50,070 nucleotides of DNA from Anaerolineae bacterium (GCA_034436315.1 DAOTVR010000059.1:1-50070); one strand, 5' to 3'; positions 10,173 to 20,207 are shown, counted from the stretch's first letter. Made by a program: numbers and translations. The notes: generated from the sequence alone by a model not told the origin.

Positions 10173-10676
10173 TCATCCGATTTCTGGCGTACTTGGCGGG
10201 CGAGAGATGTCGGCGATGCGCGCGCGGGTTATTTTGCGCAGATCGTCGACGGCCAGTTGCAAGTTGATGCCCCGCTGTCCGGCGCTGACCAGGATCTGGG
10301 CGTATTCGGTGGCGTGGGCGTCCAGGTAGACGGGGAAACCCTTATGTAAGAGGGCCAGGGCAGAGATGCCGCCAACGAGCAAGCCGGTGAGCGACTCGGC
10401 CTCGCGCTGGGTGGCCATGCGCAGTTTCTTTTCTTGTGCGGCCTGGGCCAGTTTTTTCAGGTCCAGCTCGCGGTCGCCGGGAACGATGGCCAGTAAGGGG
10501 CGGCCTTTCTCGGACATCACCACCAGGGTTTTGAACACTTGGCTGGCCGGCAGGCCCACGGCTTTCGCTACGCCCTCGGCGGAATGGATCTCGGGAGAAT
10601 AGTAATGGGCGATATAGCGAATCCCTTGGGCCTCTAGAAAGCGCATCGCGTTGGTTTTCTCAGGTTTGTTCGTCAT
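10173..10676 (-). CDS. ybaK: YbaK/EbsC-type aminoacyl-tRNA (Cys-tRNA-Pro) deacylase
   Basis: MTNKPEKTNAMRFLEAQGIRYIAHYY...KTLVV...LVGGISALAL matches the YbaK/ProX editing-domain pattern. The start was taken at the internal ATG (Met8 of the track ORF). Confidence 0.8.
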   Translation of the reverse strand: MTNKPEKTNAMRFLEAQGIRYIAHYYSPEIHSAEGVAKAVGLPASQVFKTLVVMSEKGRPLLAIVPGDRELDLKKLAQAAQEKKLRMATQREAESLTGLLVGGISALALLHKGFPVYLDAHATEYAQILVSAGQRGINLQLAVDDLRKITRARIADISRPPSTPEIG

Positions 10677-10732
10677 AGCCTGGCTCCGTTGTAGCACATG
10701 AACGCTCTTATCATACAGGTCCTCCTATCGGT

Positions 10733-10761
10733 TTGTCCAGTTGAGGGGGATATAGTATAAT
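10733..10761 (+). promoter_or_regulatory. Candidate sigma-70 promoter for lysC (TTGTCC-17-TATAAT)
   Basis: -35 TTGTCC at 10733-10738, 17-nt spacer, perfect TATAAT at 10756-10761. This predicts a ~140-nt leader before lysC. Confidence 0.4.
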
Positions 10762-10908
10762 AGCCGCCAACTTTGGCCTATTGCATGTCTCACAAAGCAA
10801 GAAGCCGATTCTTTTACCTCATTTAAAGGCAGTGTAGCCTCCTCCGTCGTTGGCCTCGCCAGGGTAGGCAGTGGGGTTCGTTTGAGTTTTCCCGATTGGA
10901 GCACGGAT

Positions 10909-12315
10909 ATGATCGTCATGAAATTTGGTGGCACCTCTGTTGGCACAGGGGAGCGGATCGCCAACGTGGGGCACATCACGGCACAGGTCAGCAAACAGTT
11001 CGGTGTGCCCCCTGTGGTGGTTGTTTCGGCGATGAGCGGCGTGACCGATAGCTTGGTTCGGGCGGCGACGACCGCTGCCTCTGGCGACAGACATTCCTTT
11101 CGGGCCATTCGCGACGAGTTACAGCAAAAACATGAGCAGGCGATCGCCGTCTGCGTTTCCGATCCGGAGCATGCGCGTGGCCTGCGTGCCGAGATGGAGA
11201 GCCTGCTCAACTGGTTTGAGAACCTATGCCAGAGCATCTACACCTTGGGGGAGCTGACTCCGCGGGGGTTGGACGTCGTCTCGGGGTTGGGCGAGCGCCT
11301 GTCGGCGCGGGTCGTTGCGGCGGCGATGCGCAGTCAGGGTCTCAAGGCCAATACGGTCGAAGCTACCGAGATCATCGTGACGGACAATCACTTTGGTAAT
11401 GCCGGTCCGCTTTTTGAGGAGTCGACGGTCAAGACGCGGGCCAAGCTCCTGCCCTTGATTCAGGCGGGCATCGTGCCCGTCGTGACGGGTTTCATCGGGG
11501 CCACCGTAGAGGGCCTGCCCACCACTTTGGGCCGCGGGGGTAGCGATTATAGTGCCACCATCATTGGTCGCTGTCTTCCGGCCGATGAGGTGTGGATTTG
11601 GACGGATGTGGATGGCGTGATGACCGCCGATCCGCGCATCGTGCCCGAAGCGCGCACGCTGCCGGTGATCTCTTATGCTGAGGTGGCCGAGCTTTCCTTC
11701 TTCGGGGCCAAGGTGTTGCATCCCAAGACGATCCAGCCGGTGGCCGAGCTGGGCATTCCCGTGCGCGTGCTCAACTCCTTTCACCCCGATCACCCCGGCA
11801 CGTTGGTGCGCAGCGAAGTATCTCAGGAGCCGCTCATCAAAGGGATCACCGCGATCCGCAATTTGAGCATCGTCACCGTTGAGGGGCGCGGCATGCAAGG
11901 GGTGCCCGGAGTCGCCGGGCGGGTGTTCTCGGCCGTCGCCCGCAGCGGAGCCAGTATCTTTATGATCACTCAATCCTCTTCCGAACAGAATATCTGTTTC
12001 GTGGTGCGCTCTGCCGAGACCCCGGCCGTGGTGAGGGAGGTGGAGAAGGAGTTTGAGCTGGAGATGATGCGTGGGGACATAGATCATGTGGCCAATCAGG
12101 ATCAGGTGGCCATCATCGCGGTGGTCGGTGCGGGGATGAAGGGCAAGCCGGGCATCGCCAGTCGGGTCTTTGGAGCCCTCGCGGATCGGCAAGTTAGCAT
12201 CATCTCCATCGCCCAGGGCTCTTCGGAGTATAACCTGTCTCTGGTTGTCAGGCAGGAAGATGTGGACGAAGGAGTCCGCGCGATTCACAGGCAATTTGAG
12301 CTGGACAAGATCTAG
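10909..12315 (+). CDS. lysC: Aspartate kinase with two C-terminal ACT domains
   Basis: MIVMKFGGTSVG N-terminus with GGAG 7 nt upstream. Also GRGGSDYSAT and WTDVDGVMTADPR, followed by tandem ACT-like segments. Confidence 0.95.
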   Translation: MIVMKFGGTSVGTGERIANVGHITAQVSKQFGVPPVVVVSAMSGVTDSLVRAATTAASGDRHSFRAIRDELQQKHEQAIAVCVSDPEHARGLRAEMESLLNWFENLCQSIYTLGELTPRGLDVVSGLGERLSARVVAAAMRSQGLKANTVEATEIIVTDNHFGNAGPLFEESTVKTRAKLLPLIQAGIVPVVTGFIGATVEGLPTTLGRGGSDYSATIIGRCLPADEVWIWTDVDGVMTADPRIVPEARTLPVISYAEVAELSFFGAKVLHPKTIQPVAELGIPVRVLNSFHPDHPGTLVRSEVSQEPLIKGITAIRNLSIVTVEGRGMQGVPGVAGRVFSAVARSGASIFMITQSSSEQNICFVVRSAETPAVVREVEKEFELEMMRGDIDHVANQDQVAIIAVVGAGMKGKPGIASRVFGALADRQVSIISIAQGSSEYNLSLVVRQEDVDEGVRAIHRQFELDKI

Positions 12316-12341
12316 ATGGCAATTTGCCCAGAGGAGCTGGC

Positions 12342-13400
12342 ATGAGACCGATACGCACAGGGATCCTCGGCGCGACGGGCGCGGTGGGCCAACGCTTTAT
12401 CCAATTACTGGCGAGCAACCCATGGTTCCAGATTACGGCCCTGGCCGCCTCGGATCGCTCGGTGGGCGCGCCTTATGAGAAGGCGTGTACCTGGCGCTTG
12501 CCGGGGGATTGTCCGGCTTCCGTGCGCGAGCTGATCGTGCAGCCTTGCGAGCCAGGGTTGGATTGCGAGATCGTCTTTTCGGCGCTACCCAGCTCTGTGG
12601 CCGGCCCCATAGAAGAGCGCATGGCCGCGGCGGGTTACGGTGTGCTGAGCAACGCCAGCTCACATCGCATGGACGCGGATGTGCCCTTGCTCATCCCGGA
12701 AGTGAACCCCGATCACCTGCAATTGATCCCCATCCAAAGGGCCAACCGTGGTTGGGATAAGGGCTTTATCGTCACCGATCCCAATTGTTCCACCGCCGGC
12801 TTGACGGTGGCCCTCAAGCCGCTTCATGAGGCCTTCGGCGTCCGCCGCGTGGTGGTCACGACGATGCAAGCCCTTTCTGGCGCAGGGTATCCTGGCGTCC
12901 CTGCTTTGGATAGCTTGGACAACGTGATCCCCTATATCAGCGAGGAGGAAGAGAAGATGGCCAGGGAGCCGCGCAAGCTCCTGGGCACCTTTTCCCGCGA
13001 GACGGGCATCATCGTTCCGGCTGATATAGCCATCAGCCCGTCTTGCAATCGCGTGGCCACGCGCGATGGGCATCTGGAGGCCGTTTCCGTTGAGCTGGGG
13101 CGCAAGGCCTCGCGGGAGGAGGTGATCGCCGCATTGCGGGGCTTTCAGAGTTTGCCCTTCAGGCTCGGCTGTCCTTCGGCAGTGGAGCCTACGATCATCG
13201 TTCGCGATGAGCCGGATCGCCCACAAACTTTCTTGGACCGGGATGCCGGCCGAGGCATGGCGATCACGGTGGGGCGGGTGCGGCCCTGTGAGGTCCTTGA
13301 CTTCAAGTTCGTCGTCCTTTCGCATAACACCATTCGCGGCGCGGCCGGCGGGGCGATCCTGAACGCCGAGCTGATGATCGCTCAGGGGATGATCGCATGA
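12342..13400 (+). CDS. asd: Aspartate-semialdehyde dehydrogenase
   Basis: MRPIRTGILGATGAVGQRF (Rossmann GxxGxxG), active-site NCST, SHNTIRGAAGGAILNAE. GAGGAG lies 5 nt upstream of the ATG. Confidence 0.93.
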   Translation: MRPIRTGILGATGAVGQRFIQLLASNPWFQITALAASDRSVGAPYEKACTWRLPGDCPASVRELIVQPCEPGLDCEIVFSALPSSVAGPIEERMAAAGYGVLSNASSHRMDADVPLLIPEVNPDHLQLIPIQRANRGWDKGFIVTDPNCSTAGLTVALKPLHEAFGVRRVVVTTMQALSGAGYPGVPALDSLDNVIPYISEEEEKMAREPRKLLGTFSRETGIIVPADIAISPSCNRVATRDGHLEAVSVELGRKASREEVIAALRGFQSLPFRLGCPSAVEPTIIVRDEPDRPQTFLDRDAGRGMAITVGRVRPCEVLDFKFVVLSHNTIRGAAGGAILNAELMIAQGMIA

Positions 13401-14518
13401 GCTGGAAAAAAGGCACGCTCGCCGATCTCATGGGGGATTACGTGGTCTATCGCAACCTGGATCCGATGCACGAGGGGATCCAGGGCTTGCGTTCTGCCTG
13501 GGCCAAGATCGGCTTGGATCATTACTATATCCCGCGCAAGACGGCCCCGGAATACGCCATGGTCTTGACTCATTACCTGCGCGAGGCTCAGCGCGTTCGC
13601 GGCGTCTCGACCCCTTTGGAGAGGCTCCTGTTTATCGGCGATACGTTGATGTTGGATGGAAGCGCCGCCCGGAACCTGGGCCGATACCTACAGATGAGGG
13701 GCTTTATCGGCGCCGACCGCCTTCAGCAGCCGGCGCAGGTGGAGATCCAGGGCGAATTGATGGTTGCGAACCGCTGGAGCGCTCTGGCCGACTTTATCGC
13801 CTGGGTGGACGCAGACCATTTCGCCTCCGATGCGCGGACAGCGCTGCTCATTGACCTGGACAAAACCTCTATCGGTCCGCGAGGACGTAACGACAAGGTG
13901 ATCGATAACGCCCGCGTGGAAGCTATCCAAAGCACCATGCGTGCCGCCCTAGGCGAGAATCTCGATCGGGCAGCCTTTCGCGCTTTTTACGATGCCCTGA
14001 ATCAGCCCGCCTATCATCCCTTCACCGCCGACAATCAGGACTATTTGGCTTACGTGTGTCTGATGGTCATAGGGGGCGTCTGCGAGGCGGACGAGCTTTG
14101 GGCGGCCCTGAAAGATGGGCAGATGACGACCATCCAGCAATTCGTGGCCCTCTGTGAGGCGCGCCGAGGGAGCATGTCGCCGGCTCTAGAGGCAGCCCAC
14201 GAGGAGGTGCGGCGGGGCATAGAGGCCGAGGATCCCACGCCCTTCAAGGCCTTTCGCCGCCGCGAGTATCTGGAGACCGTCTCGCGCATGGACGTGCTCC
14301 CCGACGATGCCGGCGAAGAGGCGGTCTTGGCCACAGAGATCGTCATCACCGCCGAGGTGGCCAGCGTGGCGCGGCATATGTCTCAACGGGGCTTATTGGT
14401 TTTCGGCATCTCCGATAAGCCGGATGAGGCCTCGCTCCCCACGCCGGAGGACGCAGCGCGCGGCCTGAGGCCGATTCACCGCACGGTGATGAAGATCCAC
14501 GGCCAAGAGGTGATCTAA
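13397..14518 (+). CDS. Hypothetical protein, HAD-superfamily-like (DxDxT motif, large cap)
   Basis: The start overlaps the asd stop (ATGA). ALLIDLDKTSIG resembles HAD motif I and GLLVFGISDKPDEAS resembles the HAD-IIIC late motif. No precise family was recognised. Confidence 0.6.
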   Translation: MSWKKGTLADLMGDYVVYRNLDPMHEGIQGLRSAWAKIGLDHYYIPRKTAPEYAMVLTHYLREAQRVRGVSTPLERLLFIGDTLMLDGSAARNLGRYLQMRGFIGADRLQQPAQVEIQGELMVANRWSALADFIAWVDADHFASDARTALLIDLDKTSIGPRGRNDKVIDNARVEAIQSTMRAALGENLDRAAFRAFYDALNQPAYHPFTADNQDYLAYVCLMVIGGVCEADELWAALKDGQMTTIQQFVALCEARRGSMSPALEAAHEEVRRGIEAEDPTPFKAFRRREYLETVSRMDVLPDDAGEEAVLATEIVITAEVASVARHMSQRGLLVFGISDKPDEASLPTPEDAARGLRPIHRTVMKIHGQEVI

Positions 14519-14527
14519 GGCGGGAGG

Positions 14528-16801
14528 TTAGGGAGATCCTCCTTCGGAAGGCGGCTTAAAGGCCTTGGAGAACTCCTCGTAGGCCCCCGGTTTGAAGGCC
14601 TCAGGCCGATAACGGCCGGCGGCATTCCAATAGAGCCAACCGCAGCTTCCGGCATCCTCAGCTGCGCGCCTCTGTTTGAAAAGCTCTGTGGTCCCATAGT
14701 TTACGCCTCGCCAGGAGTAGGCCTGCAGCCAAGGGCGTACCTTGACCTTGGCCCGCTCGCGCAGCTTACTCACTGTACCATAAACCACCTCGTAGGGATG
14801 CACCAAGGGGTTCTCTAGCCCTAGGTTCCCCGAGATGTACGTGGCCGGATAGGCCATCGGCGAGATGTAATCCACGTGGGGGGCGATATCCTCTATCCTT
14901 TGGCCGATGCCCATATCGGTTGAAGGCTCCACTAAAGGGGTCAGCCCAAAGACATCGGCAGAGAAAAAGGCCGGCGTCAAATCCAGGGCTTGGCGGGCCT
15001 GGGCGCAGAACTCGGCCATGGCCGCCGTGCGCGATTCAAAGGTGCTTTCCCGGCTATAGACCAGCCCTTTGATCTGGCCGTCGGAGGGAAAGCGCAGATA
15101 GTCAAATTGGATCTCGTCAAAGCCCATTGCGGCCACTTCCAGGGCGAGGGCGATGTTGTAATCGCGCACCTCTTGACGGAATGGATCAACCCAGGCGAGA
15201 TCCTCCAAATCTAGGTAGATCTGGCCATCCGTCCTTTTTACAGCCCATTCGGGGTGCTTTTGCGCCAATAGGTTATCTTTGAAGATGACCATACGGGCGA
15301 TGGTGTAGATGCCACGAGCTTGGCAGGCTTTCAGGAACTTGCGCAAGTCCATCACGTCGGGCTGATAGGCCTTGATCTCTTGGGCTAAGGGAAGCTCGCT
15401 GGGCCAGGCCAAGCGAGCGCGATCGCTTTTGACGTCCACGACCACGGCGTTGAGTTCGGATTCGTCTACCAGCGTTAATAGCTCAGTGATGACCTTGGGC
15501 ACGGTGAGCAGCCCGAAGGGGATGTAGATGCCGTGCACCTCAAAAGGCTCCAGGCTGAGGTTGATCTGGCCCGTCCGGGTGATGGGCACCGAAAGCCGCC
15601 GGTAGCCGGGCATCTTGACGGCCAGGCTCCTCACCGCCGAGCCATCCTCAATCACAAAACGGCCCTCGGCATCGGCGCGTAGGAGCGTGGGGATAGGCCC
15701 CTCGCGGTAGACTTGCACCAACGCTTCGGGTAATGGTTTGCCGGTGGCTTGATCACGAAGCAGGCCCACGATGCGCGTCGGTTGGAGGGCTATTGTCAAG
15801 GCCGGTTGTCCCTCATAGATCCGCGTTGTGGGCCGATAGCCCGCCAGGGTTACCGTGAGCGGGGCGCCGGGCTTGAGGCGCAGCGACGCCCGGCCGCTTG
15901 CATCGGTCTGTGCGGCGAGCTCTTCGCTCTGCACGGTTGCCTGAGATAGCGCTTCACCGGAGGTGAGGTCAACTACCCTGAGTTCCACGCGCCAAGGCTC
16001 CAGGCGAGCATCCTGCGAAGCCTGGCCGTAATAGGTGATCCCGCTCAATGGGCGATAGGCCTCATGGGTGAAGGAGATCACCCCATAGGGCTCCAGGTAG
16101 GCCAGCTCGTAGTGGCCATCGGCATCGGTATAGGTGCTGTGCGAAGAGGCGACGGAGACCAAGACCTCCGAAATCGGCCGGCCCGTCTCGGCGTCAACGA
16201 CGGTGCCGGTGAGCACCCGTGGAGTCAATGTGACCGTGACCGGCCTGACTTGCGTGCCGGCGGGATTAAAGCTGGCTTCAATGACCACATGGGGCACCTC
16301 AACGGGCAAGTAGCCGGGCGATGCGACCCGCAGCGACGCGCCGGGCGATACCATCAGGTCAAATCGCCCCTCTGCGTCACTGTTCGTTCGTCCTTGGCTA
16401 TGGGTGATCTGGGCGCCCACGACGGGCCGATCTGCGCGACTGTCGGTGATCGCGCCGCGCAGTTTTCGGCGCGTGAGGAGCGCTTCGCGCTCGTAACGCA
16501 AGGTGGATTTGGAGATAATAGCGGTGAAGGTCTCGGATACGTGGTGAGCTGTGGAGATCACTACTTGATATGTGCCCGGCGGGACGGTGGTCTCAAAGCG
16601 TCCATCGGGACCTGTCGTAAGCGCCTTGTCCGCGATCCTCACCTGGGCGCCGGCGATCGGGCTGAGGTTCTGGGCATCGCGGACGATCCCGGCCACCGTG
16701 CAGGTAAGAGGCTGACATCCGCTGAGCGACATGAATGAGAGCAGCACGAGGCCGATCATCCAGCGGGCAGAGAAGTGATGGTGCATATCTATCCTGAGCA
16801 T
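14528..16801 (-). CDS. Lipoprotein with five CarboxypepD_reg-like repeats and a C-terminal DUF4015-type putative glycoside hydrolase (TIM barrel)
   Basis: N-terminal LSFMSLSGC lipobox. Five repeats of the G.V.D...G.P...A.V......T.ADG.F type. The C-terminal part (HGIYIPF, NAVVVDVKSD, ARMVIFKDN, EIQFDYLRFP) matches the DUF4015 pattern. Confidence 0.7.
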   Translation of the reverse strand: MLRIDMHHHFSARWMIGLVLLSFMSLSGCQPLTCTVAGIVRDAQNLSPIAGAQVRIADKALTTGPDGRFETTVPPGTYQVVISTAHHVSETFTAIISKSTLRYEREALLTRRKLRGAITDSRADRPVVGAQITHSQGRTNSDAEGRFDLMVSPGASLRVASPGYLPVEVPHVVIEASFNPAGTQVRPVTVTLTPRVLTGTVVDAETGRPISEVLVSVASSHSTYTDADGHYELAYLEPYGVISFTHEAYRPLSGITYYGQASQDARLEPWRVELRVVDLTSGEALSQATVQSEELAAQTDASGRASLRLKPGAPLTVTLAGYRPTTRIYEGQPALTIALQPTRIVGLLRDQATGKPLPEALVQVYREGPIPTLLRADAEGRFVIEDGSAVRSLAVKMPGYRRLSVPITRTGQINLSLEPFEVHGIYIPFGLLTVPKVITELLTLVDESELNAVVVDVKSDRARLAWPSELPLAQEIKAYQPDVMDLRKFLKACQARGIYTIARMVIFKDNLLAQKHPEWAVKRTDGQIYLDLEDLAWVDPFRQEVRDYNIALALEVAAMGFDEIQFDYLRFPSDGQIKGLVYSRESTFESRTAAMAEFCAQARQALDLTPAFFSADVFGLTPLVEPSTDMGIGQRIEDIAPHVDYISPMAYPATYISGNLGLENPLVHPYEVVYGTVSKLRERAKVKVRPWLQAYSWRGVNYGTTELFKQRRAAEDAGSCGWLYWNAAGRYRPEAFKPGAYEEFSKAFKPPSEGGSP

Positions 16802-16937
16802 GATATAGCGGTGATGGGCTTTGGCCAGATTATAAATGCGAGGGCGGGCGATGCCAAGTTGTCCGTATTCAGCGCCGCCGAGCTCTTGCGCATTCTTAAA
16901 ACATGGCCGAGATGCGCGGCGGAGCCGGTTTTTGCCC

Positions 16938-16966
16938 TTGCCAAGAGGGCATGTAGATGATAGAAT
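16938..16966 (+). promoter_or_regulatory. Candidate promoter for dnaA (TTGCCA-17-TAGAAT)
   Basis: -35 TTGCCA at 16938-16943, 17-nt spacer, -10 TAGAAT at 16961-16966, about 70 nt upstream of the dnaA ATG. Confidence 0.35.
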
Positions 16967-17039
16967 GATCTTGGTTGGACATGTGGCTGTGGTAGCAATC
17001 GGCGGGGATGGCCTGAGACAGAGTCTTTAGGAGCACGAT

Positions 17040-18425
17040 ATGGACGCCTATCAGCTTTGGCGGGCGACGCTGGGCCAGCTCGAACTTCAGCTTGCCAAAC
17101 CGACCTACGAGACCTGGGTAAGGAACACCCAGGCTATCTCCTTCGAGGACGGCGTGCTGGTCGTGGGGGTGCATTCGGCCTACGCTAAAGATTGGCTGGA
17201 GAACCGCCTCTATGCCACGATTCAGCGCACCGTCAGCGAGATCGCCCGGCGCACGGTCGCATTGCGTTTCGTGGTCCAACGCAATGGCGGCTTGGAACAG
17301 GAAGACGTGGAGTTGCTGGATATGCCGGCGCTCCCCGTCCAGAGCGCTCCCCCGCGCCCGGAGGGGATGGAGGGCACGGGACTCAACGCGAAGTATACGT
17401 TTGACACGTTCATCGTCGGCCAGGCGAACCGTCTAGCCCATGCGGGTTGTTTGGCGGTAGCGGAGAACCCCGGCAAGACCTATAACCCGTTGTTCATTTA
17501 TGGGGGCGTGGGCCTGGGCAAGACGCACCTGTTACACGCGATCGGCAACTTTGTGCTGCGGGGGCAGCATCGGCCGCTCTATGTCTCGGCGGAGACCTTT
17601 GCTAACGAGCTGATCAACGCCATTCGTAACCGTACGACCGAAGAGTTTCGTGCCAAATACCGCACGATCGACGTATTGCTGTTGGATGATGTGCAGTTTA
17701 TCATCAACAAGGAGCGCACCCAAGAGGAATTTTTCCACACGTTTAACGATCTCTATCATAGCGATCGGCAGATCGTGCTCTCCAGCGACCGCTCGCCCAA
17801 AGCCTTCATCGGTTTGGAGGAACGGCTACGCTCGCGCTTTGAATGCGGCCTGACGGTGGATGTGCAACCGCCCGACTTGGAGACGCGCATGGCCATCCTG
17901 GCCGCCAAGGCCGAGTCGCAGGGAGTGCAGTTGCCTGCCGACGTCATAGAGTTTGTGGCCCAGCAGATTCAGAGTAACATTCGCGAGCTAGAGGGCGCGT
18001 TGAATCGCATCTTGGCCTTGGTGCGGATGATGCACTATCCCCTCACCGTGCAGACTGCCCGCAAGGCTTTGGGTGATATGATGAAGCCCGCAGCCAAGGT
18101 GACCATGGACGACATCCTCAATGCGGTCTCGTCTTATTATAACCTGCGGCCGGAGGACCTCACCGGGCCGCGGCGTAGCCAAAACTTGGCCATTGCCAGA
18201 CAGGTGGCCATGTATCTGGCCCGCGATCTGACGGATATGTCGTTGCCTCAGGTTGGCCAAGCACTAGGAGGGCGCGATCATACGACGGTGCTCCACGGCT
18301 GTGAAAAGATCGCGGTGCTCTTTGAGAAGGACGATGAGATTCGTCGTCAGATCCTGGAGATCCGCAACAAGCTTTACGCCGAGGGTCAGAAGGCCACTAC
18401 GTCGCAGTCGGCTCGTCGTGGATAG
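17040..18425 (+). CDS. dnaA: Chromosomal replication initiator protein DnaA
   Basis: AAA+ Walker A GGVGLGKTHLLHAIG, Walker B LLLDDVQF, and the C-terminal DNA-binding signature (ARQVAMYLARDLT, GGRDHTTVLHG). Confidence 0.97.
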   Translation: MDAYQLWRATLGQLELQLAKPTYETWVRNTQAISFEDGVLVVGVHSAYAKDWLENRLYATIQRTVSEIARRTVALRFVVQRNGGLEQEDVELLDMPALPVQSAPPRPEGMEGTGLNAKYTFDTFIVGQANRLAHAGCLAVAENPGKTYNPLFIYGGVGLGKTHLLHAIGNFVLRGQHRPLYVSAETFANELINAIRNRTTEEFRAKYRTIDVLLLDDVQFIINKERTQEEFFHTFNDLYHSDRQIVLSSDRSPKAFIGLEERLRSRFECGLTVDVQPPDLETRMAILAAKAESQGVQLPADVIEFVAQQIQSNIRELEGALNRILALVRMMHYPLTVQTARKALGDMMKPAAKVTMDDILNAVSSYYNLRPEDLTGPRRSQNLAIARQVAMYLARDLTDMSLPQVGQALGGRDHTTVLHGCEKIAVLFEKDDEIRRQILEIRNKLYAEGQKATTSQSARRG

Positions 18426-18549
18426 CGGGACGAGCGTTCGCCTGATACAATGGATACGAGATAGCACAACGGGATCTCAAGCCCTGTAGAGGTTCCTCAG
18501 TTTGTTCGGGATCGGCGTTTGCCCCTTCGTTGCCTGATTATCTCCCCAC

Positions 18550-18578
18550 TTGCGTGCCGGGTGTGTCGGCGGTATAAT
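18550..18578 (+). promoter_or_regulatory. Candidate promoter for guaA (TTGCGT-17-TATAAT)
   Basis: -35 TTGCGT at 18550-18555, 17-nt spacer, perfect TATAAT at 18573-18578. This supports a downstream GTG start. Confidence 0.4.
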
Positions 18579-18608
18579 CAGCTGTGCAACTTGGTAGAGG
18601 TGAAGCAG

Positions 18609-20174
18609 GTGGTTAGCCATCACGACTCGCCCGGCCATGAGACGATCGTGATCATGGATTATGGCTCACAATACACTCAGCTCATCGCCCGCCGGGTGCG
18701 AGAGTGTCGTGTGTATTGTGAGATATTGCCCTGGGATGCTCCGGAGGGATCGTTAAGGGCGCTAGCCCCCCGAGGCTTGATCCTTTCGGGTGGGCCCAAT
18801 AGCGTCTATGATCCAGGAGCGCCCACTTTGACTCCCCAGGTCCTGGCGCAAGGGGTGCCCATCTTGGGCATCTGCTACGGTATGCAGCTCTTTGGTCATC
18901 ATTTGGGCGGAGTGGTTGCGCGCGCGCCGGCCAGGGAATATGGCTCGGTGCAGGTGACGTTGGATGGTGCCGACTCCCCTTTGTTTGCCGGCTTGACTTC
19001 GCCCTTGCAAGTTTGGATGAGCCACGGTGATCGCGTGGAGGTTGTGCCACCCGGATTCAAGGTGCTGGCGCATTCGGCTCATTCGCCCATCGCCGCTATG
19101 GCCGACGAAAGCAGGGGCCTTTATGGGTTACAGTTTCACCCAGAGGTCGTGCACACGCCGCAAGGGAAAGAGATCCTGCGCAATTTTTGTCTGCGGATCT
19201 GTGGCTGTCGCGGCGATTGGACGCCGAGCGCTTTCATCGCCCAGAGCATCGCGGCCATTCGTCGGCAAGTGGGCGATGGGAAAGTGATCTGCGCCATCTC
19301 AGGGGGAGTGGATTCCACGGTGGTGGCTACACTGGTAAGCCGGGCCGTAGGGGAGCAGCTTACGGCCATCTTTGTCGATAATGGCCTGTTGCGCAAAGGA
19401 GAGGCCGAGGAGAACTTGGAGCGTTTCGGGCGTTACCTTGATGCCCGTGTCGTCTATGTGGATGCTGCGGAACGCTTCCTAAGGGCGCTCGCCGGCGTGA
19501 GCGATCCTGAGCAGAAGCGCATGATCATCGGGCAGGAGTTCATCCGGGTTTTTGAGGAGGAGGCCCAAAAGTTGGGGCCTGTGGATTTCCTGGCCCAAGG
19601 GACGCTTTATCCCGATGTGATTGAGAGTGCCACGTCGGCCACCAAAGCGGCTGCGCGCATCAAAACGCACCACAACGTGGGCGGTTTGCCAGAGAACATG
19701 CGCCTCAAGCTGCTGGAGCCCTTGCGTTTTCTTTTCAAGGACGAAGTGCGCGAAGTGGGCCTGGCTTTGGGGCTGCCTGAGGAGATGGTCTATCGCCCGC
19801 CCTTTCCCGGCCCAGGCCTGGCTGTGCGCATTATCGGCGAGGTGACGGCCGAACGCTTGCATGTGCTGCGCGAGGCCGATGCCATCTTGCGCCAAGAGAT
19901 CGTGGCCAGCGGGCTGGAGCGCGAGATTTGGCAATACTTTGCGGTATTGACCTCGGTGCGCAGCGTCGGCGTCATGGGAGATAGCCGCACATATGCCCAT
20001 GTTGTGGCTTTGCGGGCGGTTACCAGCCAGGATGGCATGACGGCCGACTGGGCGCGCATCCCTTACGACGTATTGGCGCGCATCTCTAACCGCATCGTTA
20101 ATGAGGTGCCGGGCGTTAACCGAGTGGTCTATGACATCTCCAGCAAACCGCCGGCGACGATAGAGTGGGAGTAA
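18609..20174 (+). CDS. guaA: GMP synthase (glutamine-hydrolysing)
   Basis: [20 protein letters not shown], GATase CYGMQL, ATP-PPase SGGVDS, C-terminal TIEWE. The track ORF starts at 18519, but GTG at 18609 (GAGGTG upstream, downstream of the promoter candidate) gives a canonical N-terminus. Confidence 0.93.
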   Translation: MVSHHDSPGHETIVIMDYGSQYTQLIARRVRECRVYCEILPWDAPEGSLRALAPRGLILSGGPNSVYDPGAPTLTPQVLAQGVPILGICYGMQLFGHHLGGVVARAPAREYGSVQVTLDGADSPLFAGLTSPLQVWMSHGDRVEVVPPGFKVLAHSAHSPIAAMADESRGLYGLQFHPEVVHTPQGKEILRNFCLRICGCRGDWTPSAFIAQSIAAIRRQVGDGKVICAISGGVDSTVVATLVSRAVGEQLTAIFVDNGLLRKGEAEENLERFGRYLDARVVYVDAAERFLRALAGVSDPEQKRMIIGQEFIRVFEEEAQKLGPVDFLAQGTLYPDVIESATSATKAAARIKTHHNVGGLPENMRLKLLEPLRFLFKDEVREVGLALGLPEEMVYRPPFPGPGLAVRIIGEVTAERLHVLREADAILRQEIVASGLEREIWQYFAVLTSVRSVGVMGDSRTYAHVVALRAVTSQDGMTADWARIPYDVLARISNRIVNEVPGVNRVVYDISSKPPATIEWE

Positions 20175-20207
20175 AATCGGATTGGCATCTTGGCCGAGAG
20201 GACGGGG

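Noticed and set aside
10768-10908. Lysine riboswitch or attenuator in the ~140-nt lysC leader (contains a duplicated AGGCAGTG)
   Set aside because: I could not recognise the L-box conserved core or a terminator hairpin with a T-tract. It may still be regulatory, but that is unsupported.
11224-12294. Long antisense ORFs opposite strong genes: 11224-12294 vs lysC, 19479-20654 vs guaA, 36800-37813 vs HMGCS, 6613-7419, 20825-21592, 21693-22526, 29335-30126, 16064-16738
   Set aside because: These are high-GC shadow frames, rich in Arg/Gly/His/Pro and without domain signatures. Each is fully covered by a confidently identified gene on the other strand.
16802-17039. Calling oriC next to dnaA
   Set aside because: There are no clustered DnaA boxes (best matches 6/9) and no AT-rich DUE. 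The GC skew cannot be computed by eye, so this is reported only as an open question.
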